Assembly: GCA_029259175.1 (NCBI GenBank) | Contig: JAPDJH010000002.1 | Coordinates: 32,001-96,000 of the forward strand | Source of the DNA: Hadesarchaea archaeon | GTDB taxonomy: Archaea > Hadarchaeota > Hadarchaeia > Hadarchaeales > Hadarchaeaceae | DNA length: 64,000 bases | Direction: 5' to 3' | Shown: positions 38,067-47,896 of the stretch, one piece after another | How the letters are laid out: each line of letters opens with the position of its first letter | How positions within the stretch are numbered: position 1 is the stretch's first letter | Program-made: the position numbers and the translations under genes | Notes under the pieces: generated by a model | Database searches by the model: none | Told to the model about the DNA's origin: nothing | Seen by the model: only the letters and a program-made list of their open reading frames with translations

Positions 38067-38612
38067 TCAGAGAATGAAGACCGCAGCGGCCACGACGGTC
38101 GTCCACATCCCTTCCTTCACGAGCGCCGTCTGGGTGATGTTGGTAGTTCTGACTATCTTTCCCGAGATCTTCCATATCTGCTTTCTCTCATCCCAGCTTT
38201 TGTTTGGATCGAAGGGGAGCCCCAAGGAGCTCGCCAACATGGATGCTGCCAGATCCTCCGCGTACTCGCCCGCTTCCTTGGCTGTCTGACCGTATGCGTG
38301 GTGCTCACTGATGTAGCCAATGGTCTTCTTGTCGGCCGGTAGAGCACACCCGATGCTCGCCGATATCAGCCTTCGCCGCTCGTTGCTCGCACACCGCGAC
38401 ATCACCAAGAACACTATCTGACCATCGGACAGCATGGAGAGCGCTCTTTTTCTGGAGATGACCTTGCACCCCGGCGGCACTATGCTGGAGACCGGGACCA
38501 AGTTGAATCGGGCTATCCCGGCGTCCTCCAAGGCGTTCTCGAAAGATCTCAACATCTCTCTGTCGTGTCCCACACCCTTCGTTAGGAATAGATACTTGGG
38601 AACGAGGTTCAT
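38067..38612 (-). CDS. pdaD: Pyruvoyl-dependent arginine decarboxylase
   Basis: SFENALEDAGIARFNLVPVSSI self-cleavage motif, GYISEH. Confidence 0.92.
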   Translation of the reverse strand: MNLVPKYLFLTKGVGHDREMLRSFENALEDAGIARFNLVPVSSIVPPGCKVISRKRALSMLSDGQIVFLVMSRCASNERRRLISASIGCALPADKKTIGYISEHHAYGQTAKEAGEYAEDLAASMLASSLGLPFDPNKSWDERKQIWKISGKIVRTTNITQTALVKEGMWTTVVAAAVFIL

Positions 38613-38621
38613 GCGAGTCCC

Positions 38622-40274
38622 TTATTCCTCTTCGCCGCCGCCCTCCTCTCCTCCGGGGGTCTCAGGGGACTTCGGGCCCTTCTCCTCCTTCTTGCTGGCC
38701 GCGATCACATCATCAATCCTCAGGATCATGATGGCAGCTTCGCTGGCGGACTTGATGGCCTGCGTTTTGGTTCTTAGCGGCTCAAGAACTCCGAGCTTCT
38801 TCATGTCCACAATTTTTCCGTTGTACACGTCGATTCCGTATGTCTTCCCATCCGGCTTTTCGTGCTTCGCCCTCAGCTCCACGAGCACATCGATCGCGTC
38901 TAGACCCGCGTTTTCCGCCAGAGTTTTCGGAATGACCTCCACCGCGTTGGCGAAGGCGTTGATGGCCAGCGCTTCCTTACCGCCAACCTTCTGGGCGTAG
39001 TTTCTAAGCTCCTTTGCGAGCTCCACTTCCGGAGCTCCACCTCCCATCACTATCTTCCCGTCCTCGATGGCTGCGGCCACTACCGAGAGCGCATCGTGAA
39101 GCGCGCGCTCGACCTCGTCCACCACGTGCTCGCTCCCACCGCGAACGAGGATTCCAACCGCCTTGGGGTTCTTGCACTTTCTCACGAAAGTCATTTTGTC
39201 CTCTCCAATCCTCACTTCCTCCACAAGCCCGGCGGATCCCAAGTCCTCAGCAGTGAGCTCCTCCAAGTTGTTGACTATGCGCCCCCCGGTGGCTCTGGCC
39301 AGCTTCTCCATATCGGATTTCTTCGCCCGCCTCACCGCATAGATTCCGGCTTTTGCCAAGTAGTGCTGTGCGATGTCATCGATCCCCTTCTGGCAGATTA
39401 CGACATTCGCTCCGGTGCTCACGATCTTGTCCACCATTTCTTTCAGGATCTTTTCTTCTTCCTCGATGAACGCGCGGAGTTGAGAAGGATCAGAAATTCG
39501 GATCTCCGCATCGGTTTCCGTCTTTTTGATTTCGAGCGGAGCGTCGATCAACGCAATCTTAGCGTCCTTCACTCGCTTGGGCATACCCGGGTGCACGCGC
39601 TCTTTGTCGACGATCACTCCCTCTACGAGTTCCGAATCAAAAGTGCTCTTGCCCGGTTTTTTCTCCACACCGATATAGTCGATGTCTATCACATAGCGGT
39701 CTCCCACTTTGTCGGCGATCTGCTTGACCGCCTTCACCGCCAGCTCCGCCAAGTATTCGCGGGCGCTTTCGGCCTTCTTTCCCGTCATGGCTGTCATGGC
39801 GATTTGCTTGAGGGTTTCCTCGTCCTCGATACTCACAGGGATAGCGACCTTGTTCAGAGTCTCCTGAGCCTTCTCGGCGGCCATCCGGTATCCAATCGCG
39901 ATTATAGTGGGGTGAATGGCCTGATCGAGCAGTTTCTCGGCTTCCTTTAGGAGCTCCCCGCCGATCACCACCGCGGTTGTGGTTCCATCACCCACCAGAT
40001 CATCCTGAGTTTTGGCAACCTCCACCATCATTTTTGCGGCTGGATGCTCTACCTCCATTTCCTTCAGAATGGTCACGCCGTCGTTTGTCACTATTACATC
40101 TCCCAGCGTGTCGACCAGCATCTTATCCATTCCACGGGGGCCGAGGGTGGTGCGAACAGCTTCGGCTATCACCCGGGCCGCCATGATGTTCATCCGCTGA
40201 GCATCACGCCCCACGGTCCGCCTCGTTCCCTCGGGCAGGATTAGAACTGGGCGTCCACCGAGTGTTGCACTCAT
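38622..40274 (-). CDS. ths: Thermosome (group II chaperonin) subunit
   Basis: [29 protein letters not shown]. Confidence 0.97.
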   Translation of the reverse strand: MSATLGGRPVLILPEGTRRTVGRDAQRMNIMAARVIAEAVRTTLGPRGMDKMLVDTLGDVIVTNDGVTILKEMEVEHPAAKMMVEVAKTQDDLVGDGTTTAVVIGGELLKEAEKLLDQAIHPTIIAIGYRMAAEKAQETLNKVAIPVSIEDEETLKQIAMTAMTGKKAESAREYLAELAVKAVKQIADKVGDRYVIDIDYIGVEKKPGKSTFDSELVEGVIVDKERVHPGMPKRVKDAKIALIDAPLEIKKTETDAEIRISDPSQLRAFIEEEEKILKEMVDKIVSTGANVVICQKGIDDIAQHYLAKAGIYAVRRAKKSDMEKLARATGGRIVNNLEELTAEDLGSAGLVEEVRIGEDKMTFVRKCKNPKAVGILVRGGSEHVVDEVERALHDALSVVAAAIEDGKIVMGGGAPEVELAKELRNYAQKVGGKEALAINAFANAVEVIPKTLAENAGLDAIDVLVELRAKHEKPDGKTYGIDVYNGKIVDMKKLGVLEPLRTKTQAIKSASEAAIMILRIDDVIAASKKEEKGPKSPETPGGEEGGGEEE

Positions 40275-40321
40275 AGAAATTCACCTCTATTTGTGAAGAT
40301 TTGGTCTCAGCCTTTTAAACT

Positions 40322-42775
40322 TTACGCTTGTTTTATTTCTGCGACTATCCTTCTCGCCGCTCTTTCTGGATTGCTGGTGTTGTATATCGCGCTCCCGGCT
40401 ATACAGATATCTGCACCGGCCCTCACAACCTCTTTTGCCACACCCTCTTTGATGCCGCCAGCGACGGCCAGCAGGAAGGGCCGGCACCGCTTTTTCGCTT
40501 CAGCGATGAGCGTGGTAGAATCGTAGATCCCTCTCCCCCTGAGTTGCTCGCTTATTCCTCGGTGCAGGCAGAATATCACGTGGTTTTCCCTTCCCTCAAA
40601 TTGTCTGGCGAGTTCTTCTATCAAGGCGATCGGGTCGGGACAATCGATGAAGTCGATGAGTATCGCTCTGTTCCACCTGATCGCCTCGCTGAGAGCTTCG
40701 AATATTTTGGTTCGTCCTCCGATGCCTAGAACGGCCGCTATGTCGGCTCCGGCCCTGAACGCGATCTTGGCCTCCAGATTTCCAACATCCATGGTTTTCA
40801 GATCCGCGACTATCAGCGCGTCTGGAGCCACCTTGCGGAGTTCTGGAATCAGACGATCGGTTCCGTGGCGTTTGAGGGCGGGCGTTCCCGCTTCAACGAT
40901 TTGAGCTCCGCCGCGATAAGCCGCGCGTGCTATCCTGACCACGGTTTTCAAATCCGCGTCTAGATCGAGGGCCACCTGAAGCGCCGGGCATCTGAGACGT
41001 TCGATTGGAGTGATCCCCACCGGAATCTCTTTTGCCCGCTTGGGTGTCTTTAACTTGAGCATTCTGCTCGGCACACCTCTCTTGCCCCATCCTCTGAGCT
41101 TGTAGTATCTTTGAAGCATTTGAGTGAGATCGAGCCCGAACTCCGCGGGTAGACGATCTTGGGCTGGTTCGAATCCCTCTCGCACGTTGAATCTCCGCTC
41201 TACGTCGTAGATACGCGCTCCCACCTCTCTCAGGTGTTTTTCCGTCCACATGACTCCAGTCAAAGCAGTGAGGAGCTCCGCGAAATCGTAGAGTTCGAAG
41301 TCCAAGGTGGAGAAGAGCGCCAGCGAATGATATTTGCACACGACCAGAGAATCGTAAACTGCCGACGCGTCTTGCAGTCGCTTCACCAGCTCGGGCTTGC
41401 CGTCTTCCGTTTGTGGATCCACGAACTCCGGATGGCCTAGAATCTCGGGGTCTATCGTGTACGCCCGCAGATGACATCCGCCGCGATTCGAAGTGGCGTA
41501 GGCGAGCGCTATTCCCTTTGCACCGCGGGGGTCATAAGCCGGGAGTTCTAGCTTTTTGCAATGAGGAACGAAGACCTTCAGCTTGAGCTTCTTTGCTGCT
41601 GCGACGGTTCCGAGAGAAAACGGAGACTTGCCGCGCCCGATGTCGTTCACCAGCCGAACCGCATCTTCAAAATTTCTGCAAATTCCAGCCTTCCTCGCCA
41701 CTCCGAGCGCAACACCCATCGATATGGTGTCGAGCCCCAGTTCATCGCAGATGGCGCTGAGCTTGGCAATCTGCTGGTAATCGAAGAAGCCGGCGTTGGG
41801 CCCAAGCATGACGATGCTTTCATATTCCGGTCCCTTTCCTTCCCAATTCTTGACCCGCACCCAGCGCCCGCAGCCAGTGGGACAGCCGAAGCAGGCGATT
41901 TTTTTGACCAGGTATCGTTCGCGCACCGTTTCGCCTGAGAACGGATCCACATCTTCGAAGCTCAGTTCCTTTCCGGAAAAATTCCAGGCTGGCAGCAATC
42001 CGCCCGCTGTGATGCGGTGGACGAGCATCGCGGTTCCGAAGCGAGCCAGGGTGCCATCTGTTCCCGTTATCGGATTGGTTTCTATGACTTTTCGCACCCG
42101 AGTGAGAATTTTCTGAAATTCGGGTGGATGAGCCACAGGCACGCGCTTGGTACCCCGCACGACAACGGCTTTGAGGTTTTTGGAACCCATCACGGCTCCC
42201 CCTCCGCATCGCCCGGCCACCCCCATCCGCCCTTCCCGGTTTCCCGTGACTACACACGCCATTCGGGCTAGGTTTTCACCTGCTGGTCCAATGGTTGCGA
42301 TAGAGAACTGCGGGTAACGGTCAAGCAGCTCCTCGATGGTCTCCAAAGTCGACTTGCCCCAGAGTTCCGTGGCGTCGTGTAGGGTGACTTTGTCGTCATC
42401 GATTTCAATATAGACCGGTTTTTTGCTTCTTCCCTGAACGATCAGCCCGTCGAAACCCGCCCGTTTGAGCCAAGCTCCGAAGAAGCCGCCCATGGACGAA
42501 TCAGCTATGGTACCCGTTAGCGGGGACTTGAAAACCACAGCTGTTCGTCCGCTTCCGGGAAAGGGTGTTCCGGTCAGCGGGCCCGTCATGAAAATCAAGC
42601 GATTAGCGGGTCCGAGTGGACCGGTTCCTCGTTTTAGCTCACGGTAAAGAATCCATGCGCCGTACCCTCTGCCACCCAAAAAATTGAACGCGATTTTCGG
42701 ATCGAGCAGTTCCGTGTTTATGGTTCCTGAATTCAAATCCACTCTCAGGAGTTTCCCGGCATAGCCACCCTTCAT
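40322..42775 (-). CDS. Aldehyde:ferredoxin oxidoreductase (W/Mo-pterin) fused to 3-hexulose-6-phosphate synthase
   Basis: AOR: GYAGKLLRVDL, KSPLTG, MGSKNLKA, CFGCPTGC, DELGLDTIS, RGGCH; from aa 599 HPS: LQVALD, EAGTP, DLKTMDVG, AGAD, VAGGI, GSAI. Confidence 0.88.
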   Translation of the reverse strand: MKGGYAGKLLRVDLNSGTINTELLDPKIAFNFLGGRGYGAWILYRELKRGTGPLGPANRLIFMTGPLTGTPFPGSGRTAVVFKSPLTGTIADSSMGGFFGAWLKRAGFDGLIVQGRSKKPVYIEIDDDKVTLHDATELWGKSTLETIEELLDRYPQFSIATIGPAGENLARMACVVTGNREGRMGVAGRCGGGAVMGSKNLKAVVVRGTKRVPVAHPPEFQKILTRVRKVIETNPITGTDGTLARFGTAMLVHRITAGGLLPAWNFSGKELSFEDVDPFSGETVRERYLVKKIACFGCPTGCGRWVRVKNWEGKGPEYESIVMLGPNAGFFDYQQIAKLSAICDELGLDTISMGVALGVARKAGICRNFEDAVRLVNDIGRGKSPFSLGTVAAAKKLKLKVFVPHCKKLELPAYDPRGAKGIALAYATSNRGGCHLRAYTIDPEILGHPEFVDPQTEDGKPELVKRLQDASAVYDSLVVCKYHSLALFSTLDFELYDFAELLTALTGVMWTEKHLREVGARIYDVERRFNVREGFEPAQDRLPAEFGLDLTQMLQRYYKLRGWGKRGVPSRMLKLKTPKRAKEIPVGITPIERLRCPALQVALDLDADLKTVVRIARAAYRGGAQIVEAGTPALKRHGTDRLIPELRKVAPDALIVADLKTMDVGNLEAKIAFRAGADIAAVLGIGGRTKIFEALSEAIRWNRAILIDFIDCPDPIALIEELARQFEGRENHVIFCLHRGISEQLRGRGIYDSTTLIAEAKKRCRPFLLAVAGGIKEGVAKEVVRAGADICIAGSAIYNTSNPERAARRIVAEIKQA

Positions 42776-42842
42776 TTAACCATATGGTTATCACCGTTAT
42801 CTAAAAAGACATTTGCAGACGGAGTAGTGTTGGTGGCCAGCA

Positions 42843-43943
42843 GTGGAGGAATTTTTGAGAAAAGCGCGAGTTCTTCTTCGCGAAACCAAGCGGGTGTTCG
42901 CTGATTGCGCGACCAAGAGTGGCGGGATCCTGGCAGCCAATCCAGCCAAGCCGTATTATCCGAGAGGGGCTGCGAACTACGGGTATGTGTGGGTACGGGA
43001 CGCGTCTTTTGTTTGTGTCGCTGCGGACGTGTTGGAGTTGGGAATTCAGGAAAAGTTCTTTGAGTGGTGCATGCGGGCTGAGCGCTTTCCGGGAACCACA
43101 CTCTTTTGTCGCCGCTATCACCCGGATGGAACGGCTCTGGCCGCGGGCGAGGGCCTCGGAGGCGAAATCGAGAACCAGCTCCAGCCGGATCAGGCGGGGG
43201 CCCTGTTGTGGGCGCTGTGGCACCACTTCAGGGAGGATCCGTCAGAGGCGAGGGACTTCCGGCCGCTGATTCGCGAAGTTGCGGATGGGTTGTGCGAACT
43301 CTGGAAAAAGAACAGGTTTGACATGGTGGTGTTCGATGTGTGGGAGGAGCAGGCTGCCTTTCCAGACCTCGATGAGTTTTTTTCTTACACACTCGCGGCC
43401 TGTGCTGGTGGTCTCAGATATGCAGGCGCTCTGTTTCCGAATCCGCGCTGGCAAAAAACAGCGGATCAAATGGTCTCGGTTTTAAGAAGAACTCCCGGAA
43501 AGCGGTTTTTCCGAAGTTATGGGCGGATACCCGATCCGGAGGTGGACGCCTCTCTGCTTGGGTTGGTGTTCCCGTTTGAGGTTTTCTCACATGCTCATCC
43601 GAAAATCCGAAGGACGATTGCCGATATCGAGAAGGAGCTAGTGATCGGCGGAGGGCTTCATCGCTACCCCGGCGATAGATACGATGGCTGGGTGTACGAG
43701 GGAAAGATGTTGAGGCAGAAGGGCGGGGGCGCGTGGCCGCTGCTCAACTTTTGGCTGAGCGTGTGCCACGCGCGGGCAGGGAACAAGAGGAGGGCTCTTC
43801 GGTATGCGCGGTGGGTGCTTCGGCGCGTGAACAGACACATTCCGGAGCAGATTTTCCCTAATCGGTTGCAGGTTTCTCCATCTCCTCTGGCTTGGGCGCA
43901 CGCCATGTTTGTGCTGGCCATGCGAGAACTCAGGATCGTGTGA
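42843..43943 (+). CDS. GH15-like glycoside hydrolase, catalytic domain only
   Basis: YVWVRDA, Q.DQ.G, DVWEE, DASL, RYPGDRY, PEQ, PLAWAHA. Confidence 0.85.
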   Translation: MEEFLRKARVLLRETKRVFADCATKSGGILAANPAKPYYPRGAANYGYVWVRDASFVCVAADVLELGIQEKFFEWCMRAERFPGTTLFCRRYHPDGTALAAGEGLGGEIENQLQPDQAGALLWALWHHFREDPSEARDFRPLIREVADGLCELWKKNRFDMVVFDVWEEQAAFPDLDEFFSYTLAACAGGLRYAGALFPNPRWQKTADQMVSVLRRTPGKRFFRSYGRIPDPEVDASLLGLVFPFEVFSHAHPKIRRTIADIEKELVIGGGLHRYPGDRYDGWVYEGKMLRQKGGGAWPLLNFWLSVCHARAGNKRRALRYARWVLRRVNRHIPEQIFPNRLQVSPSPLAWAHAMFVLAMRELRIV

Positions 43944-43983
43944 GCGGAAAAAACTTATGAATGGTGCCAGAATTCTTTATCGG

Positions 43984-44061
43984 GCGGCAGTAGTCTAGCC
44001 TGGTCTAGGACACCAGCCTGCCACGCTGGTGGCGCGGGTTCGAATCCCGCCTGCCGCACCA
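43984..44061 (+). tRNA. tRNA-Gly(GCC), CCA encoded, no intron
   Basis: GCGGCAG/CTGCCGC acceptor stem, CCAGC-CTGCCAC-GCTGG anticodon arm, GGTTCGAATCC T arm, followed by TTTT. Confidence 0.96.
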
Positions 44062-44208
44062 TTTTGGAAGAGAACGCAATTGAATCACAAAGTTTATTAT
44101 TATGTGCACTCGATGCATCGAGTTGCTGGCAACCAGTGACGAACTGCTTGAGGGGTTTCGACTAACAGGGGACTCCCAGCCTCCAGTTGTGCTTGTTCAT
44201 CTCCTCTC

Positions 44209-44889
44209 TTACCACTCCCATCGAATCACGTACTGATAGCGCCGAGATTTCAACCTCCGCCACACAGGATAGATCAGCAACACACCCGCTATGAAACCTC
44301 CAACGTGCGCCAAGTAGGCAACCCCCGATTGAACTCCGAGCACCCACGTGAACGACGCAGAGAGCACCTGAAGCACAAACCAGAAACCGATGAGAAACAG
44401 CGCCGGGACTGCCACAATCTGAATGATGTAGAAAAACACCACGGCGGTGTGGACCCGAGCCCATGGATATAGAATCAGATACGCCCCTAGCACCCCCGAA
44501 ATCGCTCCAGAAGCTCCTATGGTGGGGATCTGGGAACTCGGGTTCGCGATCGCGTGTACCAAGCTCGCCGCCAGTCCACACACCACATAAAACAGAATGA
44601 ATCTGCGCTTGCCCAACACATCCTCCACATTATCCCCAAAGATCCACAGGTACCACATGTTGCCTACCACGTGCAGAATCCCGCCGTGCAGAAACATGGA
44701 GGTGAGGAGCGTGTGCAGCTCCCTCCCCGCCAGGATTTCCCGGGGACGCATCCCGTAGAGGTTCACGAGTTCGTCTAGCCGTCCCGCCAGCCAGCTCCCG
44801 AAAAATATTCCGAGGTTGATCGCAATCAGAGCGGCGGTCACCACGGGCCGGCTCCGGGTGGGGTTTTCATCCTTCAGCGGGAACACCAA
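44209..44889 (-). CDS. Rhomboid-family intramembrane serine protease
   Basis: PLKDENP, SMFLHGG..H..GNM..LWIFGDNVED, GASGA, AHVGG. Confidence 0.93.
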   Translation of the reverse strand: MVFPLKDENPTRSRPVVTAALIAINLGIFFGSWLAGRLDELVNLYGMRPREILAGRELHTLLTSMFLHGGILHVVGNMWYLWIFGDNVEDVLGKRRFILFYVVCGLAASLVHAIANPSSQIPTIGASGAISGVLGAYLILYPWARVHTAVVFFYIIQIVAVPALFLIGFWFVLQVLSASFTWVLGVQSGVAYLAHVGGFIAGVLLIYPVWRRLKSRRYQYVIRWEW

Positions 44890-44918
44890 GTCACCTCGAT
44901 TGCTTTCTTCCGGCTTCT

Positions 44919-45005
44919 AGCTGGGTCTTTCCCTCGAGCATCTGAGGGGGCAAGAACCCCTGCTGATTGGAGAGTCCTTGTTCCTGCACGGTCACAGCCC
45001 CAGCT
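44919..45005 (-). ncRNA. Candidate structured RNA leader (three-way junction)
   Basis: Three nested stems found by eye between a TATA-like tract and the rhomboid RBS. Confidence 0.3.
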
Positions 45006-45056
45006 TCTCCACAACACTTCGCTCACGATAAATAATATCATAACTGAGGAGTAGTG

Positions 45057-45725
45057 ATGCTTCACCTCGTTCTGGCCGACTCGGAACTGGAACAGGTCCC
45101 TGCTGAGATCGCTACGCACAAGGTGATTCGCTATCTGGCGAGAAAACGCGGGCGCAAGCCAACCGAGCTTATTTTGAACTCGAGCCGGCATCACCCTGCC
45201 ATGCGCAAGCTGCCGCAGGCCGAGCGGCGCGGCCGTCCGGATATCGCTCACTTCGCCCTTCTGCAGGCGCTCGACTCTCCGGCCAATCTGGTGGGGGAGC
45301 TCCGGGTTTACGTTCACACACGCCACAACCGAGTGATTCGAGTAGATCCCCGCACCAGACTGCCACGGGCGTATGAGCGCTTTGAGGGTCTGATGGAACA
45401 GCTTTTCCTGACAGGAGCCGTACCGCCGGACAACCCCTTGTTGCTCCTAGAGGCGAAGACGTTAGAACAACTGGTTCAGGAGATCGCTCCCGACCGCGTG
45501 GTGGCGATGGCGGAGAGGGGAAAGCGAAAAAAACTCGCTGAGCTGTTTACAAGAGCTGACTCAAACGTGTGTGTGGTTATTGGCGGATTTTCGCACGGAG
45601 ATTTTCTGTCTCCTGTGAACCGGATCGCCGACGAACTCGTAAGCCTGTTTCCGCAGCCACTCACGGCCCCGCTGGTTGTTTCTAGGGTCCTTTCTGCGTA
45701 TGAGCAGGCCAAGGGGATTCTATGA
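45057..45725 (+). CDS. nep1: Nep1/Emg1 rRNA pseudouridine methyltransferase
   Basis: RGRPDIAH, RLPRAYERF.GLMEQL, IGGFSHG. Confidence 0.93.
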   Translation: MLHLVLADSELEQVPAEIATHKVIRYLARKRGRKPTELILNSSRHHPAMRKLPQAERRGRPDIAHFALLQALDSPANLVGELRVYVHTRHNRVIRVDPRTRLPRAYERFEGLMEQLFLTGAVPPDNPLLLLEAKTLEQLVQEIAPDRVVAMAERGKRKKLAELFTRADSNVCVVIGGFSHGDFLSPVNRIADELVSLFPQPLTAPLVVSRVLSAYEQAKGIL

Positions 45726-46030
45726 GTCGCACACGGCACCGAGCGAGGGAGAGAGCAATGGAGTGCGCGATAAAACTCCTAGATCTCGCTGACAAGAGGT
45801 GGTCATCGGACCCCTCGCTCTCGAGAAGATACGTGGAGCTGGCTTGGAGGCTGAAGACCAAGTTCAACCTCCGTTTTTCCCGTGAAGTGAAGATGCACTT
45901 CTGCAAGCGGTGCTTTACCATCTGGCGCCCCGGTGAGACGTGCAGGGTGCGTATCCGTGACGGAGTGCTGACCGTGACCTGCCTGAATTGCAACCGCGTC
46001 TACCGGCTACCCCTTCCAGCAAAACGTTAA
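45722..46030 (+). CDS. rnp4: RNase P protein component 4 (Rpp21)
   Basis: RRYVELA, FCKRC, RVR, TCLNC zinc ribbon. Confidence 0.9.
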   Translation: MSRTRHRARERAMECAIKLLDLADKRWSSDPSLSRRYVELAWRLKTKFNLRFSREVKMHFCKRCFTIWRPGETCRVRIRDGVLTVTCLNCNRVYRLPLPAKR

Positions 46031-46063
46031 TATCGGGTAAAAAGAGAGATTTAAAGCGTGTCG

Positions 46064-46486
46064 ATGAAAGTGACAAGCGTCCCGGCTGACAAGCTCATCG
46101 GGCGTTTGAAGGAAGAACTAAAAAAATACAAGGAGCTAGAGCCCCCGCACTGGGCCCACTTCGTGAAAACGGGTGCGCACCGCGAACGCCCTCCGGATCA
46201 GCCCGATTGGTGGTACATCCGGGCTGCATCCATGCTCCGCAGGCTGTATTTGGACGGCCCGGTAGGGGTCTCTCGGCTCCGCACATACTACGGGGGAAGG
46301 CAGAACCGAGGCCAAGCTCCTGAGCACTTTCGCAAGGGGAGCGGCAAGATAGTCCGCACTATCCTTCAACAGCTGGAGAAGGCGGGGCTAGTCATCAAGC
46401 TCGATAAGAAAGGACGGAAGCCAAGCAAAAAAGGAGTGGAACTGCTCGAGCGCTTGGCAAGCGAGGTGGGTGGTATAAGTGGATGA
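46064..46486 (+). CDS. rps19e: Ribosomal protein S19e
   Basis: VKTG.HRERPP..DWWYIRAAS, LQQLE. Confidence 0.95.
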   Translation: MKVTSVPADKLIGRLKEELKKYKELEPPHWAHFVKTGAHRERPPDQPDWWYIRAASMLRRLYLDGPVGVSRLRTYYGGRQNRGQAPEHFRKGSGKIVRTILQQLEKAGLVIKLDKKGRKPSKKGVELLERLASEVGGISG

Positions 46487-46808
46487 AGCAGAACTCGAGG
46501 AGCTTAGGAGAAGAAAAATGCTGGAGCTCCAAGCAAGATTGCAAGAACAGCAGAGACAGGAAGAACTCCGCAGACAGTTGGAGTACCAGAAGCGTGCCGT
46601 GCTCCAGCAAATCTTGACACCTGAAGCACGCAGCAGACTTGCCAACATCCGGATGGCAAAGCCGGAATTTGCCGAACAACTGGAGCTGCAACTCTTGCAA
46701 CTCGCACAGAGCGGCCGTATAACTTCGAAGATCACCGATGAGCAACTGAAGAAGATTTTGGATCGGATAGTTTCCAGCCGCCGTGAAATAAGAATCAAGA
46801 GGTTGTGA
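46479..46808 (+). CDS. PDCD5-like DNA-binding protein
   Basis: ELEELRRRK, LTPEARSRL, ITDEQLK; conserved position after rps19e. Confidence 0.92.
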   Translation: MDEAELEELRRRKMLELQARLQEQQRQEELRRQLEYQKRAVLQQILTPEARSRLANIRMAKPEFAEQLELQLLQLAQSGRITSKITDEQLKKILDRIVSSRREIRIKRL

Positions 46809-46809
46809 G

Positions 46810-46965
46810 ATGGCGCGGAACAAGCCGTTTCCCAAGAAAAAGAGGCTCATCAAAGCGGGCAGACGAACGAGACGCGCACCTATGTGGGTAATAGTAAAAA
46901 CACGCGGCAAGATAAGGGCCAGCATGAAGCAGCGCCATTGGAGACGCCAGCGTATTAAGCCGTGA
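46810..46965 (+). CDS. rpl39e: Ribosomal protein L39e (not in the ORF track)
   Basis: Manual translation MARNKPFPKKKRLIKAGRRTRRAPMWVIVKTRGKIRASMKQRHWRRQRIKP. Confidence 0.93.
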   Translation: MARNKPFPKKKRLIKAGRRTRRAPMWVIVKTRGKIRASMKQRHWRRQRIKP

Positions 46966-46976
46966 GGTGAACGACT

Positions 46977-47228
46977 GTGGTGGAGGAGCGCATTTACGTG
47001 GTGCCCCTACGCCGTGCAAAGCTGGCTGCCCGTTACAAGCGCACACCACGTGCGGTGCGCATTCTGCGCGAGTTCATAGCTAGGCACATGAAATCGGAGA
47101 ACGTGAAAATCGATGCGGCCCTCAACCAGCATCTCTGGGAGCGAGGAGCGAGGAAGCCTCCTTCTCGCGTTCGCGTTAAGGCCGTGAAACAAGACGATGG
47201 AACGGTTGTAGTTTCTTTAGCCGAATAG
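46977..47228 (+). CDS. rpl31e: Ribosomal protein L31e
   Basis: ERIYVVPL, KRTPRA, W.RG..KPP. Confidence 0.95.
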   Translation: MVEERIYVVPLRRAKLAARYKRTPRAVRILREFIARHMKSENVKIDAALNQHLWERGARKPPSRVRVKAVKQDDGTVVVSLAE

Positions 47229-47236
47229 GTGTCTTC

Positions 47237-47887
47237 ATGCCAGTGCGTCGGATGGATTTCAATCGAATCCCGTTTATAGGAGCGTATTCCCTATGTACCG
47301 ACAAGCTGTGTTTAATTCCCGAGCACGTTCACTTACGCCCCGACAACACTCATGTTCTTGGCGTGCCCGTTATTCGGGCTTCCGTGTCCGATAGCCCTTT
47401 GCTCGGAATCTTGCTTGCTGGCAATTCCCAGTGTTTACTGTGCTCGGATCTTTTCGAAGTCCAGCTCCCATCCGATCTGGACGTGGACGTGGAATACCTG
47501 CCGGGAAAGCATACTGCGTTGGGCAACTTGGTATTGGCCAACGACAAGGGAGCGATCGTCAGTCCAGAGCTCTCGTCCTCCGTGGTGCGTATGATCGCTG
47601 ATGGTCTTGGAGTAGAAGTTGAGCGCGGCACCATTGCGGGTCACTCCACCGTGGGTGCTGTTGCGGTCGTGACCAACCGCGGGGCGTTGCTTCACCCAGA
47701 TGTGAGCGAGTCGGAGGCAAAGCTCGTGGAGGAAATCCTCAAGGTTCCGGTGGATGTGGGCACGGCATGCGGTGGCGTAAGCTTCTTAGGGCTGTGTGTG
47801 ATTGCAAATTCGAATGGGGCTCTCACGGGCTCCACAACCACCGGACCCGAGCTGGGGAGGATTGAGAGTTCGTTGGACCTGGTGTGA
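47237..47887 (+). CDS. eif6: Translation factor aIF6
   Basis: GNLVLANDKGA, TNRGALLHP, TTGPELGRIE. Confidence 0.94.
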   Translation: MPVRRMDFNRIPFIGAYSLCTDKLCLIPEHVHLRPDNTHVLGVPVIRASVSDSPLLGILLAGNSQCLLCSDLFEVQLPSDLDVDVEYLPGKHTALGNLVLANDKGAIVSPELSSSVVRMIADGLGVEVERGTIAGHSTVGAVAVVTNRGALLHPDVSESEAKLVEEILKVPVDVGTACGGVSFLGLCVIANSNGALTGSTTTGPELGRIESSLDLV

Positions 47888-47896
47888 GGTGGGCGC

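Noticed and set aside
43984-44061. tRNA-Gly as an integration site
   Set aside because: No integrase and no duplicated tRNA 3' end seen in the window
44108-44123. 16-bp perfect palindrome ACTCGATGCATCGAGT downstream of the tRNA
   Set aside because: About one is expected by chance in 64 kb; no second copy noticed
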